NCBI GenBank assembly: GCA_043228905.1
Contig: JBHGNT010000005.1
Span: 23,436,001-23,500,000 of the forward strand
Origin: Azolla caroliniana
Taxonomy: Eukaryota; Plantae; Polypodiophyta
DNA: 64,000 nucleotides
Reading direction: 5' to 3'
Positions 12,576 through 29,787 of the stretch are shown piece by piece. Position numbers and translations under genes: made by a program. The number at the start of each line of letters is the position of its first letter. The stretch's first letter is position 1. Below the pieces are notes generated by a model. That model made no database searches. It worked only from the letters and a program-made list of their open reading frames with translations, and was not told the origin of the DNA.

Positions 12576-14702
12576 TTATACCGCAAGTTTATACAGGATT
12601 ACTCAAAGCTTATTCTGTCTCTCACACAGCTTACCAAGAACGGGGAGTCGTTTGTTTTGAGAGTCTTAAGAAGGCATTTACATCAACTCCTATTCTAACT
12701 CATGTTGATCTGGCAAAACCATTCATCATTGAGGCATACGCATCGGATTTCGCCTTGGGTAGCATTCGTTCACAACAAGGTGATGATGAAAAGCTACATC
12801 CTGTGGCTTTCCACTCACGCAAGTAACATTGCTGAAATCAACTATGAAATTCAGAATAAAGAGCTATTAGCAATAGTGGACTCTTTTACGCAATGGAGGC
12901 ATTTTCTAGAGGGATCTTCTCATCCAGTCACTGTATTCAGTGATCACAAAAATCTTGCCTACTTCCAGACTGTTCGTGTATTAAATCGACGTCAAGCTCT
13001 GTGGGCCCAATTCCTCACTCGTTTCTACTTCAAAATTACATATCGTCTTGGAAAGTAGCAAGGGAAGGCAAATGCATTATCGCGGCACTCATATCTAGCA
13101 CCGCGTCCCGGTGAGCCAAAATTCGATAACCAAAAGTAAATAATACTGGGACCAGCACGACTGCAAGCAACGCAGGTTTTCGATATGCCATTGGATTCCC
13201 ACATTATCAATACCATGCGTGAGGACTTGAAGATAGATGCTTTCGCTCAAGCCATTCTAGCACAAATTGACCCCTCTCAGGCATCTTGTTCACAGTCGCA
13301 ACAACCAGGTACGGATTATCAACAATTCGAATGTCATGATGGATTATTATTCTTTAAGAGGCGCTTGTATGTTCCTAATGGTTCTTGTCGCCTTCGAGTA
13401 GTCCAAAATTGTCATGACACATACAGTTGGGCATTTTGGTAGTACTAAAACATTAGATTTAGTACAACGATCATTCTGGTGGCCCCATATGAAAGATTTG
13501 TCGAAGATTATGTTCGGACATGTGATACATGTTGCAGAGCAAAGATGCCAAGACATCATCCATATGGTTTATTGGAACCATTACCAATTCCAAGCAAGTC
13601 GTGGCAATCCATTGCTCTAGATTTCATCACAGATCTTCCAGTTTCTAAGGGATTCGATGCCATCTTAACAGTAGTAGATCGATATACGAAGATGGCCCAT
13701 TTCTTGCCATGTACTAAGGAAATCACTACTGAAGAAACCGCCGAAACTGTCATGCATGAGATATGTCAGCATCATGGTCTCCTCGATAGTATCATCAGCA
13801 ACCGTGGACCTCAATTCGTCTCGAAATTCTGGAAGCACCTCTTCAAAAGGCTCAAGGCAACTTGTAACCTCTCCTCTGTTTACCACTCACAAAGAGACGG
13901 ACAATCAGAATGAACAAATCAAACGTTGGAACAGTATCTTCGGTGTTTCCTAAGCTATCACCAAGATGACTGGGCGGATATTCTCCACTTCGCCGAATTT
14001 GCGTATAATAACTATGTCCACTCATCGACTAAGGTTACACCATTTTATGCTTATACGGGCTATCATCCCCGGTGTTGTGTATTCGAAACTCCGGAGTTAC
14101 CCACAAATCCTTGTGAAGAGGATCGTTTGGAGCAGCTACGCAAGCAGATTTATCTACTCATTTACAAAAAGCTCAACAAACACACGAGGATTATGCAGAT
14201 CGTCATCGGCTTCCATCTAGTTTTAACATTGGAGATCGGGTGTGGCTATTACGATGACACATCAAGGCTACTCACCCATGTGATAAATTGGATTATCGGC
14301 GATTAGGTCCTTTCCGTATTATCGGAAAAATTAATGATGTCACTTTTCGTCTCGATCCACCGCCGCAACTACGAATACATCCAATATTTCATAGTTCTCT
14401 TCTAGAACCCTATCAGGATAGCACTATCCCAGGTCGTATCAAACCACCTGCACCCCCGATCGAACTTGAAGATGAACCTAACTATGAGGTTGCCGCCATC
14501 CTCGATTCCAAGATTGTTCGCAACAAGCTTTACTATTTGGTTGATTGGCTAGGATATAGTCCCAGCAAGCGTACTTGGGAACCAATAGAGAATGTGACCA
14601 ATGCTCGTGCTCATCTTGAAGACTTTCATCGTCAATATCTAGACAAACAGGATCCCCGATCCAAAACGACTCGTAACATTGGTTGCTTTAAAAAGGGGAT
14701 AA
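12576..14702 (+). mobile_element. Ty3/gypsy chromovirus (Tcn1-like): RT end, RNase H, integrase, chromodomain; degenerate
   Basis: [50 protein letters not shown] and chromodomain YEVAAILDS..YYLVDWLGY..TWEP. PPT AAAAAGGGGATAA. Confidence 0.92.
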
Positions 14703-15097
14703 TGTCATGATATGGCAAGATTCAAACCCATGACCTTATGTTACACGGGTTAGCCCTTGCCAGTAGCCTATACATTGTAATACGAAGGATATTATTTTCA
14801 TTTATTATTTCACTATAGAAAATTGATGTATATTCCATATTTCTCTGCAACATTCTAGAAACTTCAGGAGTACTCCTGAAAACACTATATAAAGAGGCAC
14901 AAGGCATTATTTTGAACCAAATCGGTTCAACGCCAATCTTAAGCCTCCTAGCTATCCTTGTATATTCTTTCTACATAATATATCTTTTGTCATCATCTCT
15001 CTCTCTCTCTCTCGTGTTCTACACCCTCTTTTCCTCTTAGTACTAATCTTCATCTCTTAGTACTAATCTCCTCTCTGTCTCAATACCATTCCTTACA
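14703..15097 (+). mobile_element. 3' LTR of the chromovirus
   Basis: TGTCATGATATGGCAAG...CCTTACA after the PPT. Homologous to the solo LTR at 39490-39910. Confidence 0.88.
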
Positions 15098-18000
15098 TAG
15101 AGCAAATTCTATGTCGGCTTCTACTTCGACCAGTGCCTCCAACTCAGAAGATGTATGGTTCGTCGACTCCGGTGCTTCGAATCATATGACATCTCATGAA
15201 GAGTGGTTCTGAGACTTACGAGAGCCGGACCGACCTGGCTATGTCGAAACCGGAGATGACAGTACTCATTCGATTCGGCACATCGGCAATGTTCCATTCA
15301 GCAAAGAAGGCAACCAAATTCACATTAACAATGTCTTTCATGTACCGACCATCACGAAGAATTTGGTCTCAGTCGGCCCAATTGTGGAGCAAGGCATGCA
15401 AGTTCGATTTATTCAAGGCGGTTGCTTCATCGAAAAAGAGGGCGGACTCATCCCTCGCGGTCGAAGGGAAGGCCAAATGTTCATTCTCGATTCGCACAAG
15501 ATGAAATCGTCCATGTTTGCAAAAGGCACCAAAGCCAATTTGGGCATAGAGCTATGGCACAAAAGAATCGGCCATATCAATCTCAATAAACTCAAGGTGA
15601 TGCAATCAAAAGGAGTCGTCATCTGACTCCCTACATTCAAAGAGAAAGAGATTAAAGGAGTATGTGCAGCCTGCCAATTCCGCAAGCAATACCGGAACCC
15701 ATTCCCGAAAGCGAGGAATGTGAGCAATGACATATTGGATGTAATTCATTCTGACGTATGCAGACCAGCTCATATGGCTATATTCGGCGAATGCCAATAT
15801 TACTTGAACTTTATCGACGACTTCTCCAGGCACACCTGGATCTACCCCATGTGGTAAAAGAGCGAAGTGTTCCGAGACTTCCAAAAATTTAAGAACGAAG
15901 TCGAGAAAGCCATAGGTAGGCATGTTTGATGTCGTCAGTCAAATGGGGACAAGTAATACTTCTCCGATGCACGACATACCTTCGACAAGAACGAATTCGA
16001 TGAGAATTTTCGTGTCAACATACACCACAACATAACGGAGTGGCCGAATGCAAAAATCGGCACATCCTCGAAGTAGCATGGGCCATGTTAAACGAGAAGC
16101 ACATGTCGAAATCATATTGGGCCGAAGCAAGAAATATTGTCGTCTACCTCATGAACCGGTGTCATGAAAATCCGTCACTATGTGCGGATCGTGAGGCGGA
16201 ACCGCCGGGGTCCTGGACCAAAAGGATTCGAAGTTTGTACTAGCTTTAGCGAGAAAGTATTTAAGATGGATTGAGAGAGATTGATATGGTGAGAGAAAGA
16301 TTGAGATGGAGAGAGAGGGAGATTAAGATTGAACCCTTGACATTAGATTTGAGAAACAAGATTAATACATCACCAATTAGATAACGAATTTTCTTTTTTT
16401 TTATTAATTTCTTGATTAATACATTTCCCCGTTCTTCTTTTTTTCCATCCACTCTTTTATAGATGCCCCCATGCATATGATGCATGTGAGGGTGCAAGAC
16501 ATGCATGTAATGCATGTTTGCCATTTGACGCTCATGCATTACATGTTTTGCATGATAACCATGTCACTCATTCAAGCTCTCATGTATGAGAAGTATAATG
16601 ATAAAAATATACTTTAAAGAAATGACTTGGCTTAGTGATAAGTTTATTGCCTCTTTTCTTGGAGGTACAAGGTCCAAGCCTTGCTTGCATCCCTTTCAAA
16701 GCACAAAATATTATTAGGTTTTAGTCTTGTATTTTACAAATGCTTAACTACATATTACACCTTCAGTCGACCTCCAATGAGCCGATGGAACCTATAGATG
16801 ATTTTTTGTTCATTTCACACCGAAAATCTTCAAGACACCATGCGTCGCGATCAACCTATTCGACCGATCCATCCCGACCAGTTCGATCCACATCCAATCC
16901 GCATTCTGTCCGTTTGGTTCCGGTGTCGTCGCCATCCATCCGGTCCGGATGCATCCGTTGTTGTTCGTTTCTGACCCAATTCCGTCGCTATCTGTCTGGT
17001 CCAGCTCCGGTTCTGTCGCCCGCATCCAACCTTTTTGTCCAAGTTATACAACCCAACCTTTTTGTGCTCCTAACACATAAATGAAATATAAAGAGATATG
17101 GCTCTAATTATATACTCTTGAATCCTGATGTGTCCTATCTATGTGGGATATCTCATAGTTTTGTTTTACTCTTCTTCTTCTCAAACTTCACACTCACATA
17201 ACTTGACACTAAGTTGTCTGTTTCACATGTAGTAAAATGCATTCGGAAGCTCTTGAAGACATCCATATTTTTGTACCCAGATATTAAACTAATATAAAAT
17301 AATATCTTCACTATTATTGTTTCATATTGTGTGTGAAGAACCACACTCGATTTTGTACATTCCATGCAATTTTCACACCGTTGTCGAAAATCTTCACGAC
17401 ACCTGTGCATAACATCTGGAGTGCACGAACTTACCCCTCATGAGAAGTATTATGTGAAGACATCGGATCTATCCCATGTGAGGATATCTGTCTCACTTTC
17501 ATATGTACATATTCCCGACGAAAAGCGGCAAAAGCTAGTTCCCAAGTTGGAGAAATGTATCGTAGGGTACTCACTGGATCAAAAGGGGTACAAGTGCTTC
17601 AACCCCTCTACTCAGAAGGTTTGTGTGAGTCGGATGTCATCTTTGACAAAACAGCATCATGGTACGAACTTGATCCAACTCCTCCTGAACCATTTCCAAT
17701 CAACCCGAACCTGGCCAACCAAGTGATAGAAGACGAAGATCAACTGAGGCATATGTTCAAAGAAAGTACGATCACGACTAGGCTCAGTGGGTCACAAGAG
17801 ATGCCGAGTGACCAGAGCACATCTCGGCCAAGTCCGAAGATCGACAAAGGCAAGGCCAAAATGTCAAAATATGAAGACGATCAATTCAACAGCAACGAAT
17901 CGATTCACTCACTCGACAGTGAGTTCAGTAGCTTCGATGTACCCATCATCGGGACACCTGGTGTAAAGAAAGCCATTGCCACAGGAAATGAGAAACTCCG

Positions 18001-19575
18001 TCACTCCACCCGAGAGAAGAATCTGGTTAGCCGATTCGACTACAACGACTATATGGCATATCATTATGCCTTTATGATGAAGGTGGCAGCAGTTCGAGAA
18101 CCGGGAAATTTTTCTAAAAGGATCCACGATGGGTCAAAGCAGTGAACGAGGAGATGCGGGCACTATGCAAGAACAAGACATGGGAGTCAACTATGAAGAG
18201 ACCTTTGCCTTGGTAGCAAAGATGACAATTGTGCCCCGGTGGCACTTGCAACAGCGAAACGGTGGCACCTCCATCAAATGGACATCAAGAACGCCTTTCT
18301 TCAAGGTGAATTAGAATAGAAGGTGTACATGGTACAACCACCCGACTTCAAATCGAGCACCCATCTGAAAGCAGTTTGTCGATTAAAGAAGCCACTCTAC
18401 AGCCTTAAGCAAGCATCACGTGCTTGCATTTGAAGATAAGACAATATCTTCATCGAATCGGCTTCAGTAAGTCAAAATCCGAAAAGTCCCTCTACATAAG
18501 AAGTGATTCTCGAAGTCCAATTGTCATCATCCTATATGTGGATGATCTAGTCATTGGAGGTGAAAATCTAGTCGACATCAACAAGGTCAAGTCCCTCCTC
18601 TCCGGCAAATTCGAGATGATGGACATGAAGGAGCTCCATTACTTCCTTGGCATCGAGGTAATTCGGACTCCAACAGGCATTATGATCTCCCAACGGCACT
18701 ACATCCTCAACTTGTTATAGAAGTTCAGGATAACTGAGTGCAAATCTATGGCAATCCCTCTCGATCGAAACCTCAAACTAGATGCCGACTTTGGGATAGA
18801 AGAGTACGAGTTGACTCAGTATCGACAACTGATCGGGAGCCTCAATTATCCCACGATCACTCGACTCAACCTCAGCTACCCGGTCAGTCTCCTTATCCAA
18901 TTCATGCAAAAGCCACGTGACATTCACTTGGATTGCGCTAAGCGAGTGTTACGATACGTGAGCAGCACAATGGATTGTGGCATTTTCTACAAATCAGCCA
19001 CACCAATTCGACTCAAAGGGTACTCAGATGCCAACTAGGCCGGCTACAGAACCAGCCGACGATCGACCTCCGGATTTTTTTTCTCCCTTGGCAGTAGAGC
19101 CATCTCTTGGAGTGGCAAGAAGCAACCAATTGTCGCACTTTCGAGCACAGAGGTTGAATATTGGGGCGTGGTTGTTGCTGCATGTGAAGCCTTTTGGTCA
19201 AAACGAATTTTGAAGGATTTGGGCATTCCCATCAAAGATCTGACTCCCCTTTATTGCGACAACATGAGCAGTATTTATCTGGCTCAGAACCTAGTGTTCC
19301 ATGCACACACAAAGCATATCGAAGTGCATTATCACTTCATTCGAGAGCACGTTCAAGCTAGAGATGTCGACCTTCAACACATCCACACGAATCTTCAAAC
19401 AACCAACATCTTCACCAAAGCCCTAGGAGCCGACAAGCTTCGGCAATTCATGTCAGACCTTGGATTGATTATCCCTGACTTGCCAAGCTTGAGGAGGAGT
19501 ACAAGAGAGAACCGGATACCAACTGACGTAGACATCAACCGAAAGGAACCGACTGGAGTTGAGCTTGAGGGGGCA
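15098..19575 (+). mobile_element. Copia family 1 copy B: protease-integrase-RT-RNase H, degenerate, interrupted at 16160-17401
   Basis: VWFVDSGASNHMT, LWHKRIGH, NGVAECKNRH, LYVDDL and HTKHIEVHYHF. Colinear with 1-1796. PPT at ~19566-19575. Confidence 0.92.
16160..17401 (-). mobile_element. Probable solo LTR (1.24 kb) inserted in the copia integrase
   Basis: Inverted termini TGTCATGAAAAT / ATCTTCACGACA. Imperfect 4-bp TSD CCGG/CCTG, and the host frame MNR|C resumes. TATA-like CTATAAAAG on the minus strand near 16460. Confidence 0.72.
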
Positions 19576-20019
19576 TGTTGAGAATCAAGCTCAACCTAGT
19601 CTAGTGTGTGAACACACCCTTTGAGGATCTATGAGAACTCAAAGGTCAAAAGTCACCACTACTCTCTACACATTAACTATGGTTCTATGACACATAACAA
19701 ATGAGTTCCATATTCCCCATGACTAATGAGTCTCCACATTCCCCAAGAGAGAGTGGGTGTTGTAGTGAGTTAATGAAGAGAGAGGGTGACCTTATATAAA
19801 GCACCCTCCTCCTACATCATAAAGTGTCGGTTCTTGCCCCTTGTAATGTTACATTTTTGTACTAAATATTCTCCTTGTTAATATAAACCTTCTTCTTGAG
19901 TACTTCATTTCTCTTATCTATCTTTTGTTTCTCTCCTCTCCTCTCCTCTTTCCACAAACACACACACATACATAACACACATCTCTTCCGTTGCATAAAA
20001 TCATATCTAATTCTTTACA
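19576..20019 (+). mobile_element. 3' LTR of copia family 1 copy B
   Basis: TGTTGAGAATC...TTCTTTACA, homologous to 1797-2216. Confidence 0.9.
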
Positions 20020-20023
20020 AGAA

Positions 20024-20705
20024 TATTACGAAGTATAAGACGTCATAATTAATAGGTACTCATGGGCCCATGGAAAGAGGAAGGAATGATAGGATGTGAT
20101 GGCAAAAAATCGAGGGAGGATCTCTAACAAAAACAGTTGTAATAACAGCCTGATGTAACGTCTCCCCTCCCTCTCCTTGGAGCTATAAAAGGAAGGGAGG
20201 GTGTATGTTTTAGGGAATCGATCATTTTGAGGGGAAGGTGATGTCAGACTGGGAAGCAAAGTGTTGTAGGTTGTCTACTCTGTGCATTTGGTTAGGTAGG
20301 GTGAGGCCGCTCCTCGCGATGGAACCCCGTGTGCTCCCGATCAGAGGCTCACTAATCCGTGTGTGTCTGTCGAGCTCGAAGCTCTACTAGCCGGATGAAG
20401 GCTATCTCTTTGTAATCATTTTTTGTCTTTAATTGATTATTTCTTTTGTTGTATCTGGGTGCTCTCTTGGTGGTCCCCGCTTTGGTTTCTCTATGTTGCG
20501 TCAATATTCGTATCTTGTCTATAGTGTTCAGAGCGGCATCATTCCTCCCTTTTCTGCTCTGTACTTTCCTACTCCGGGTTCCGGGTGAGAGAACCGGATC
20601 GGAGACCATCCTACGAGCCCATCAGCTACTCAGCTTTGAGCTCCCTGTTCCAGGACCCCGGTGGTCCTGCCCAAGCCGACCCACTAGTCGTGGACATATG
20701 CGACA
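20024..20705 (+). mobile_element. LTR-like non-coding segment
   Basis: CTATAAAAGG TATA box, GC-rich 3' part and a TGCGACA end. No TSD or partner LTR seen. Confidence 0.35.
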
Positions 20706-21644
20706 CCATACCACGAAGTGAGCTTTGAAATAGAGTGGTAGAGATTGACATGCCATTGGAGTTCAGAGTTGTTGTGCGCCTATATGAACAAGTTAAAATT
20801 TACCAACTAAAAATGGATTGTGGATTCTCAAAGCACTTATTAAGTAACATGGGGGTCAAGCAAGGATGTCCACTATCACCCACACCCTTTGGCTTATGTA
20901 TTGATAAATTAGAAGAAGTGGTGAATAAGGTTGCAAGAGAAGAAGGATTGAATGCCCCCAAATTGATGTAACATGTTATCTTATTGCTTCTATATGCAGA
21001 TGATGTGGTACTCTTCTCATATGATATTGATAGTATGTAGTTACATTTACTTGGGGTATTAGAAGAATTTTTCCATAGTAGTGGACTAGCAGGGAATGTG
21101 GAGAAAACAAAAATGATGGTAGTGCAAACCATCCAACGTCATCATTACCCTATGCTCACATATAGAGGTGAACATATGCAATTTGTTCGAAGCTTTAAAT
21201 ATTTTGCTAGTATTGATGTACCCGCCACAAATAAATGGAATGAATGCTTTGATTCTAGGCTCCAAGCTCGTTGCAAATCATATTACCTTTTGGAGAACCA
21301 ATGCAACCAAAGTGATACTTGTGGATGGGAAGTAAAACTAATGTTGTTCAATGCCATGGTAACTCAAGTATTGCTTTATGGAGTAGAAGTATGGGGTGGC
21401 ACCATCTCTCTTAATGCATGGAATGAGATTGAGAAAATTCAAAAGATGTTTTTAAGGACGCAATTAGGAGTTAAATGCACTACCTCTTACCAGGTTATGC
21501 TCTTGGAAACAGGTGTTCAACCCATAGAAATATTGGCACTCCAAATATTATATAAATACATTACAAAAGTCAAGAAAATGCCGAATCATCGATTACCACA
21601 TCTTGCTTGTAATGTTGGATGTAAGCTACAAAAGATTCATAAGA
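20702..21644 (+). mobile_element. RTE-X-like LINE lineage B, RT-containing fragment ending at QKIHKS
   Basis: GVKQGCPLSPT, LLYADDVVL and LLYGVEVWGG. Homologous to the ORF2 at 30900-34275. Confidence 0.88.
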
Positions 21645-22256
21645 GCCTTGTGCTCGAGGACCCCAGTGAGATATAATGTTTACTGGACGACACCCAATGC
21701 ACCATGCCATTTGCAAGCTCACATATCGTTTAGTGAGTGAAGCCTTGGTGCTCTAAGATATTAGTGAGGCATAATATTTAGTTGGATGAAGCCTAGTGCT
21801 CCAGGACATTAGCCAGATATAACACTTAGTGGATGACACACAATGCACCATGACATTCACGAGCTAGTATACTATTTGGTGGGCAAAGCCTTGGTGTTGT
21901 AGGATGTTAGCGAGGTATAATGTTTATAGAGGACCAAGCCTAATGCATCAGGACAGTATGTAGCAAGATATAACATTTACTAGACGATGCCCAATGCACC
22001 ATGAGATTCACAAGCTCATACATTCTTTAATGGGCGAAGCCTTGTGCTCCAGGACATCAATGAGGCATGGTATTTACTGGGCAAAGGTCATGCACCATGA
22101 AAATAGCAAGGTATAATGTTTGTTGTGTGAAAGCCAACAAATTAGGAAACGAAATGAGGTATAATGTTTTCCGTGTAAAAGCTAGTGCATCGGCACATTA
22201 ACAAGGTATACAACATGTCCTGATCAAAGACTACTACACAACGACATTAGTGAGGT
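21645..22256 (+). repeat. ~48-bp minisatellite, ~13 units, with a 3-unit higher-order structure
   Basis: Consensus approximately GCCT(T)GGTGCTCCAGGACATTAGCGAGGTATAATGTTTACTGGGCGAA. CAATGCACCATG recurs every third unit. Confidence 0.82.
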
Positions 22257-22265
22257 TTAGGGACC

Positions 22266-22401
22266 AATGTGTCATTGTGCATAAATTCAAGGTCGATTTT
22301 GTTGAGGGAGCTTATATATCAAAGCTTATAGAGAATGTGTCATTGTGCATAAATTGGGGTCGATCTTTGTTGAGGGAGCTTATATATCAAAGCTTATAGA
22401 G
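22266..22401. repeat. Tandem duplication, 2 x 68 bp
   Basis: AATGTGTCATTGTGCATAAATT...AAAGCTTATAGAG at 22266 and 22334. Confidence 0.88.
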
Positions 22402-22933
22402 TCTGTCCATCAACTTCATAAGAAATCCATCCCGACCCAGATTTTCTTGAGGATAATTGAAATGAGAGCTATCGTTGTGGAGAATAGGTATAAGACATCC
22501 TAGAATTGTGGAACCATGATATGTATGATTAAATGTGTTATTTTGTTTTTCGTTATAGCGCATCTTGTTGTTGCTAGTACTTGTTACTTTCAAATGAATA
22601 GTGAGTCTTATGACAAGCACAATCTATAGAGAATAATACAAATCAGCCAATAAAGTAATGTACGCACTTCACAACATTTATATGAATTCACTATGATTAG
22701 CATAGTGGGTATCCAAGGCAAATAGTTCCATCAAAATAACACATCAACATTGATAAATAGAGTTTTAAATAGTTGGTTCTATTTGTTCCAACATAGCAAA
22801 GTGAAAAGTGGATCTATATGCAAGGAAATGGTTGTGGTGTTTGTCTTAGAGTCCATTTAGCATACAAATAGCTTATGAGTTGATTTACGTAAATGATTAG
22901 GCAACTCTTGCATATTGTAGTTATCATTTGAAT

Positions 22934-23484
22934 TGTAAGGAATTGACCAACCACAACTGGTTACACGTTCATATTCGGGTGTAGAAAACTAGAGAGCTAG
23001 TACACAAACAAGAAAAACGTGAAGACAGAAAACAAGCACAGAGACACCAGATGTTTTACGTGGAAAACCCGACAACAGAAAAATCACGAGGGTCCACAAA
23101 CCTTGAGAAATAGAATCACTATGGTAGAGGAGAAGTACAATGAGAAGCTCAGAGGCAACGATCTCGAGTTCACCTTCGTCTTACAGACGGCTACAGAGTT
23201 ACACTCTCACTCTCTCTATCTTACACAATTGCATAGGCCACTACCTTCTTGTAACTCACACCCTAAAACATACATCAATATTCTACCACATATCCCTAAA
23301 GTTTGCCCTAGTTGTTTTTATACCAAAACAACTTTCAGGTTATTTACAAGTATGGCCCACAAGGGGCATTTTAGACTATTTACAATTATAGTCTTCCGAA
23401 TCGATTTCAATTCTCAATTTTGATTTCGGGTTACTCACCAACTCGGTTCTTCTCTTCCCATTTGGGGGGACCGGTTTCCCAACA
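22934..23484 (-). mobile_element. Solo LTR, copia family 2-related
   Basis: Minus strand TGTTGGGAAACCGG...TTCCTTACA. Shares TTTACGTGGAAA and GAGGCAACGA with 9724-10344. TSD TGAAT/TGAAC. Confidence 0.85.
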
Positions 23485-25499
23485 TGAACCTTGTGAATGT
23501 CAATACCTTTGTCCAACTTTATTTAAATATGCAAATTGAACAAATGGTGGGTTTATTTATGGAACTCCAAGTTCCCATGTCCTTTTAATGTAATGAACTG
23601 TTTTAAACAGTTTGAGTATTGCCTATTCTAGGTTTGATAATCATCATATGACCGTAATCTTGCAAGTTTAAAAAGACATACAATGTGATTAGCACATGTT
23701 ATTGTCATTAGATTACGACTAGGTAATAATAAACGTGATTGAGCAAATGAGTAATTTGTTTAATCATCGTTAAAACCTACTTTATTATGTAACCTAGAAA
23801 TTGAAGATGGCTATAATGCATGCTAAACACTCAAATTGCAACATAAAGTTCTTGCCTAAAAAGATCAAGGATTATGTTTATGCCTCCATAATAAGAAAGT
23901 AAAAGTATACAACCAATAATAAGTCACTGTCACAAGAAACCTAATTGATATGGTGAAATTCCAATTGATGACAAATTATCTATAAAACTTGTAAAATGGC
24001 ACACAAATCCATGATTTTGATATACATGATTCATACACATGTTATTCTATTATTCACAAACACCACGATTCTCATGAGAAATGAATTTAGATCAAGTAAC
24101 TATTTAAATGACAAGGAGTTTGTTACATTGAAATAAAAGTTTGATAGGAACATTACAACGATTTACGATGACACGCTTCAACAATAAACTCATTGAAAAT
24201 ATAAAGTTTGCGTGGTTGGAGTATATACATCAATTGCTAAAGTTATAAAGCTTATGGGTGTGGTTAGGTTACATGAATATCAATACAATTATTTGAAGTT
24301 TGTTGGCGTGTGTGTCCAATATGTGTCAAACAGAAAGTCACTTTAAGGTTACGAATTAAATAAACAAGCACAATGTAAAGAAATATGAATGTAGTGGTGG
24401 TGCACATAATGTGGGTTTGAAGGTTCTTACAGAGGGTTTTAAATTGTATATTTACATGTGCAAGTTTTTTCAATGGAACCTTAATAGTGTGTGCCATCAA
24501 TACAATTACAATGCAAACCTACAAACTACTTTGGACATCCCAAAGATGAGGTTTATGACATTAACACTATTCCTATCTTAAAGGGTAGATGAATCGACAA
24601 TGACACTATGCCTATTCCATTAACAAGTCTTGAAAATTTCACTTTATATATTCTCCACTTTTATGTTGTCTCTCTAGTCTCGTTATCTATATGAGCTTGT
24701 GTTGCACTATTTGACAAAGAGAGATCTTATGACTAAAGAGAGTAGTCAAACAATGGCAAGTAGACCATAGGTAAAATTAAAAGCTTCGGATTATTCGCAA
24801 GGTACATGCAATGGAGCCTTCTAGTAGCAACTGTCAACTAGTCCCTCGGTGCTTGCGTCATAAGAATTGACTTGTTAAAGCTACTTTCCTAAATTGAACC
24901 CTCAAAAAAGGATAATTATATGTACCTCAAAGACTACGCTATGCGTATTCGTTACGTATTATCAAAAGGAGCTTTCGAATATGGATTTTTTACAGTCAAC
25001 ACACAAGTATTCTTAATGAGAATCATAATTCTTCCGGATCATTGGCATGTACTATCGAAAATGTGGTGTAAGAAGAGAGTTTCTGAGAATGATTTATTAC
25101 AGAGTATTTGGAGTGTTTCTAGAAATTACACACTATTTTGACTGACCCGCAGAGCAAGGAATACGTTATTATTATTATTATTTTCTAGCATGAAATACAT
25201 TACACAATCAAAGAAAGGAAAATATTACAAAGATCTTTTCTATTGGCTGCCTTTTTCAATAAATGTAGCAATGGCTATATAGCTTTCCTCAAGCTTGGAT
25301 ATATTGAGAAGGTTTCTGGGGGAATGAATCACTTGGCATGCATCTGGAACATTGTCAGAAAGCTCTCATTGCTTGTGTATGGTGTGTTCTTCTCGTCTTC
25401 TTTTTTTCTTTTTTGGCTTAACAGTAATGGGCCTCAAATACATTAATCGACTCCATTTGAGCTCTCTTTTACTTGTTTCATGCCAAACTGACTATCCCG

Positions 25500-29483
<3,984 letters not shown>

Positions 29484-29692
29484 TACTGGGGAAATTTGAA
29501 ACAAAAGAGTTGTTTGGGAGTTGCAGGGTTAAAGACAATCGTATGGTGTCTTTGTAAGTTAGGGTATGGGAAGGAATCAGAGAAGCGGTGCTGAAGAAGA
29601 AGAAGAAGAAGAAGACGAGTCTGTTTTAAGGCTGCTGTTCTAGTACTTCATGAGGGCTTCATCTAAATCGCCCACATGGCTATAAGATGGAG

Positions 29693-29737
<45 letters not shown>

Positions 29738-29787
29738 CAACGCGGTTATCTCTTCAGTGCTCTGTTTCTCTCTCGCATACAATGGCA

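Noticed and set aside
1797-20019. Pairing the two family 1 LTRs as 5' and 3' LTRs of one 18-kb element
   Set aside because: Both are preceded by RNase H and a PPT, the first has no PBS after it, and they differ by multiple indels. Both are 3' LTRs of separate copies.
21645-22256. CRISPR-like or hammerhead-ribozyme array
   Set aside because: The units are homologous along their whole length with no unique spacers. There are no cas genes, the context is eukaryotic, and neither strand has a CUGAUGA/GAAA core.
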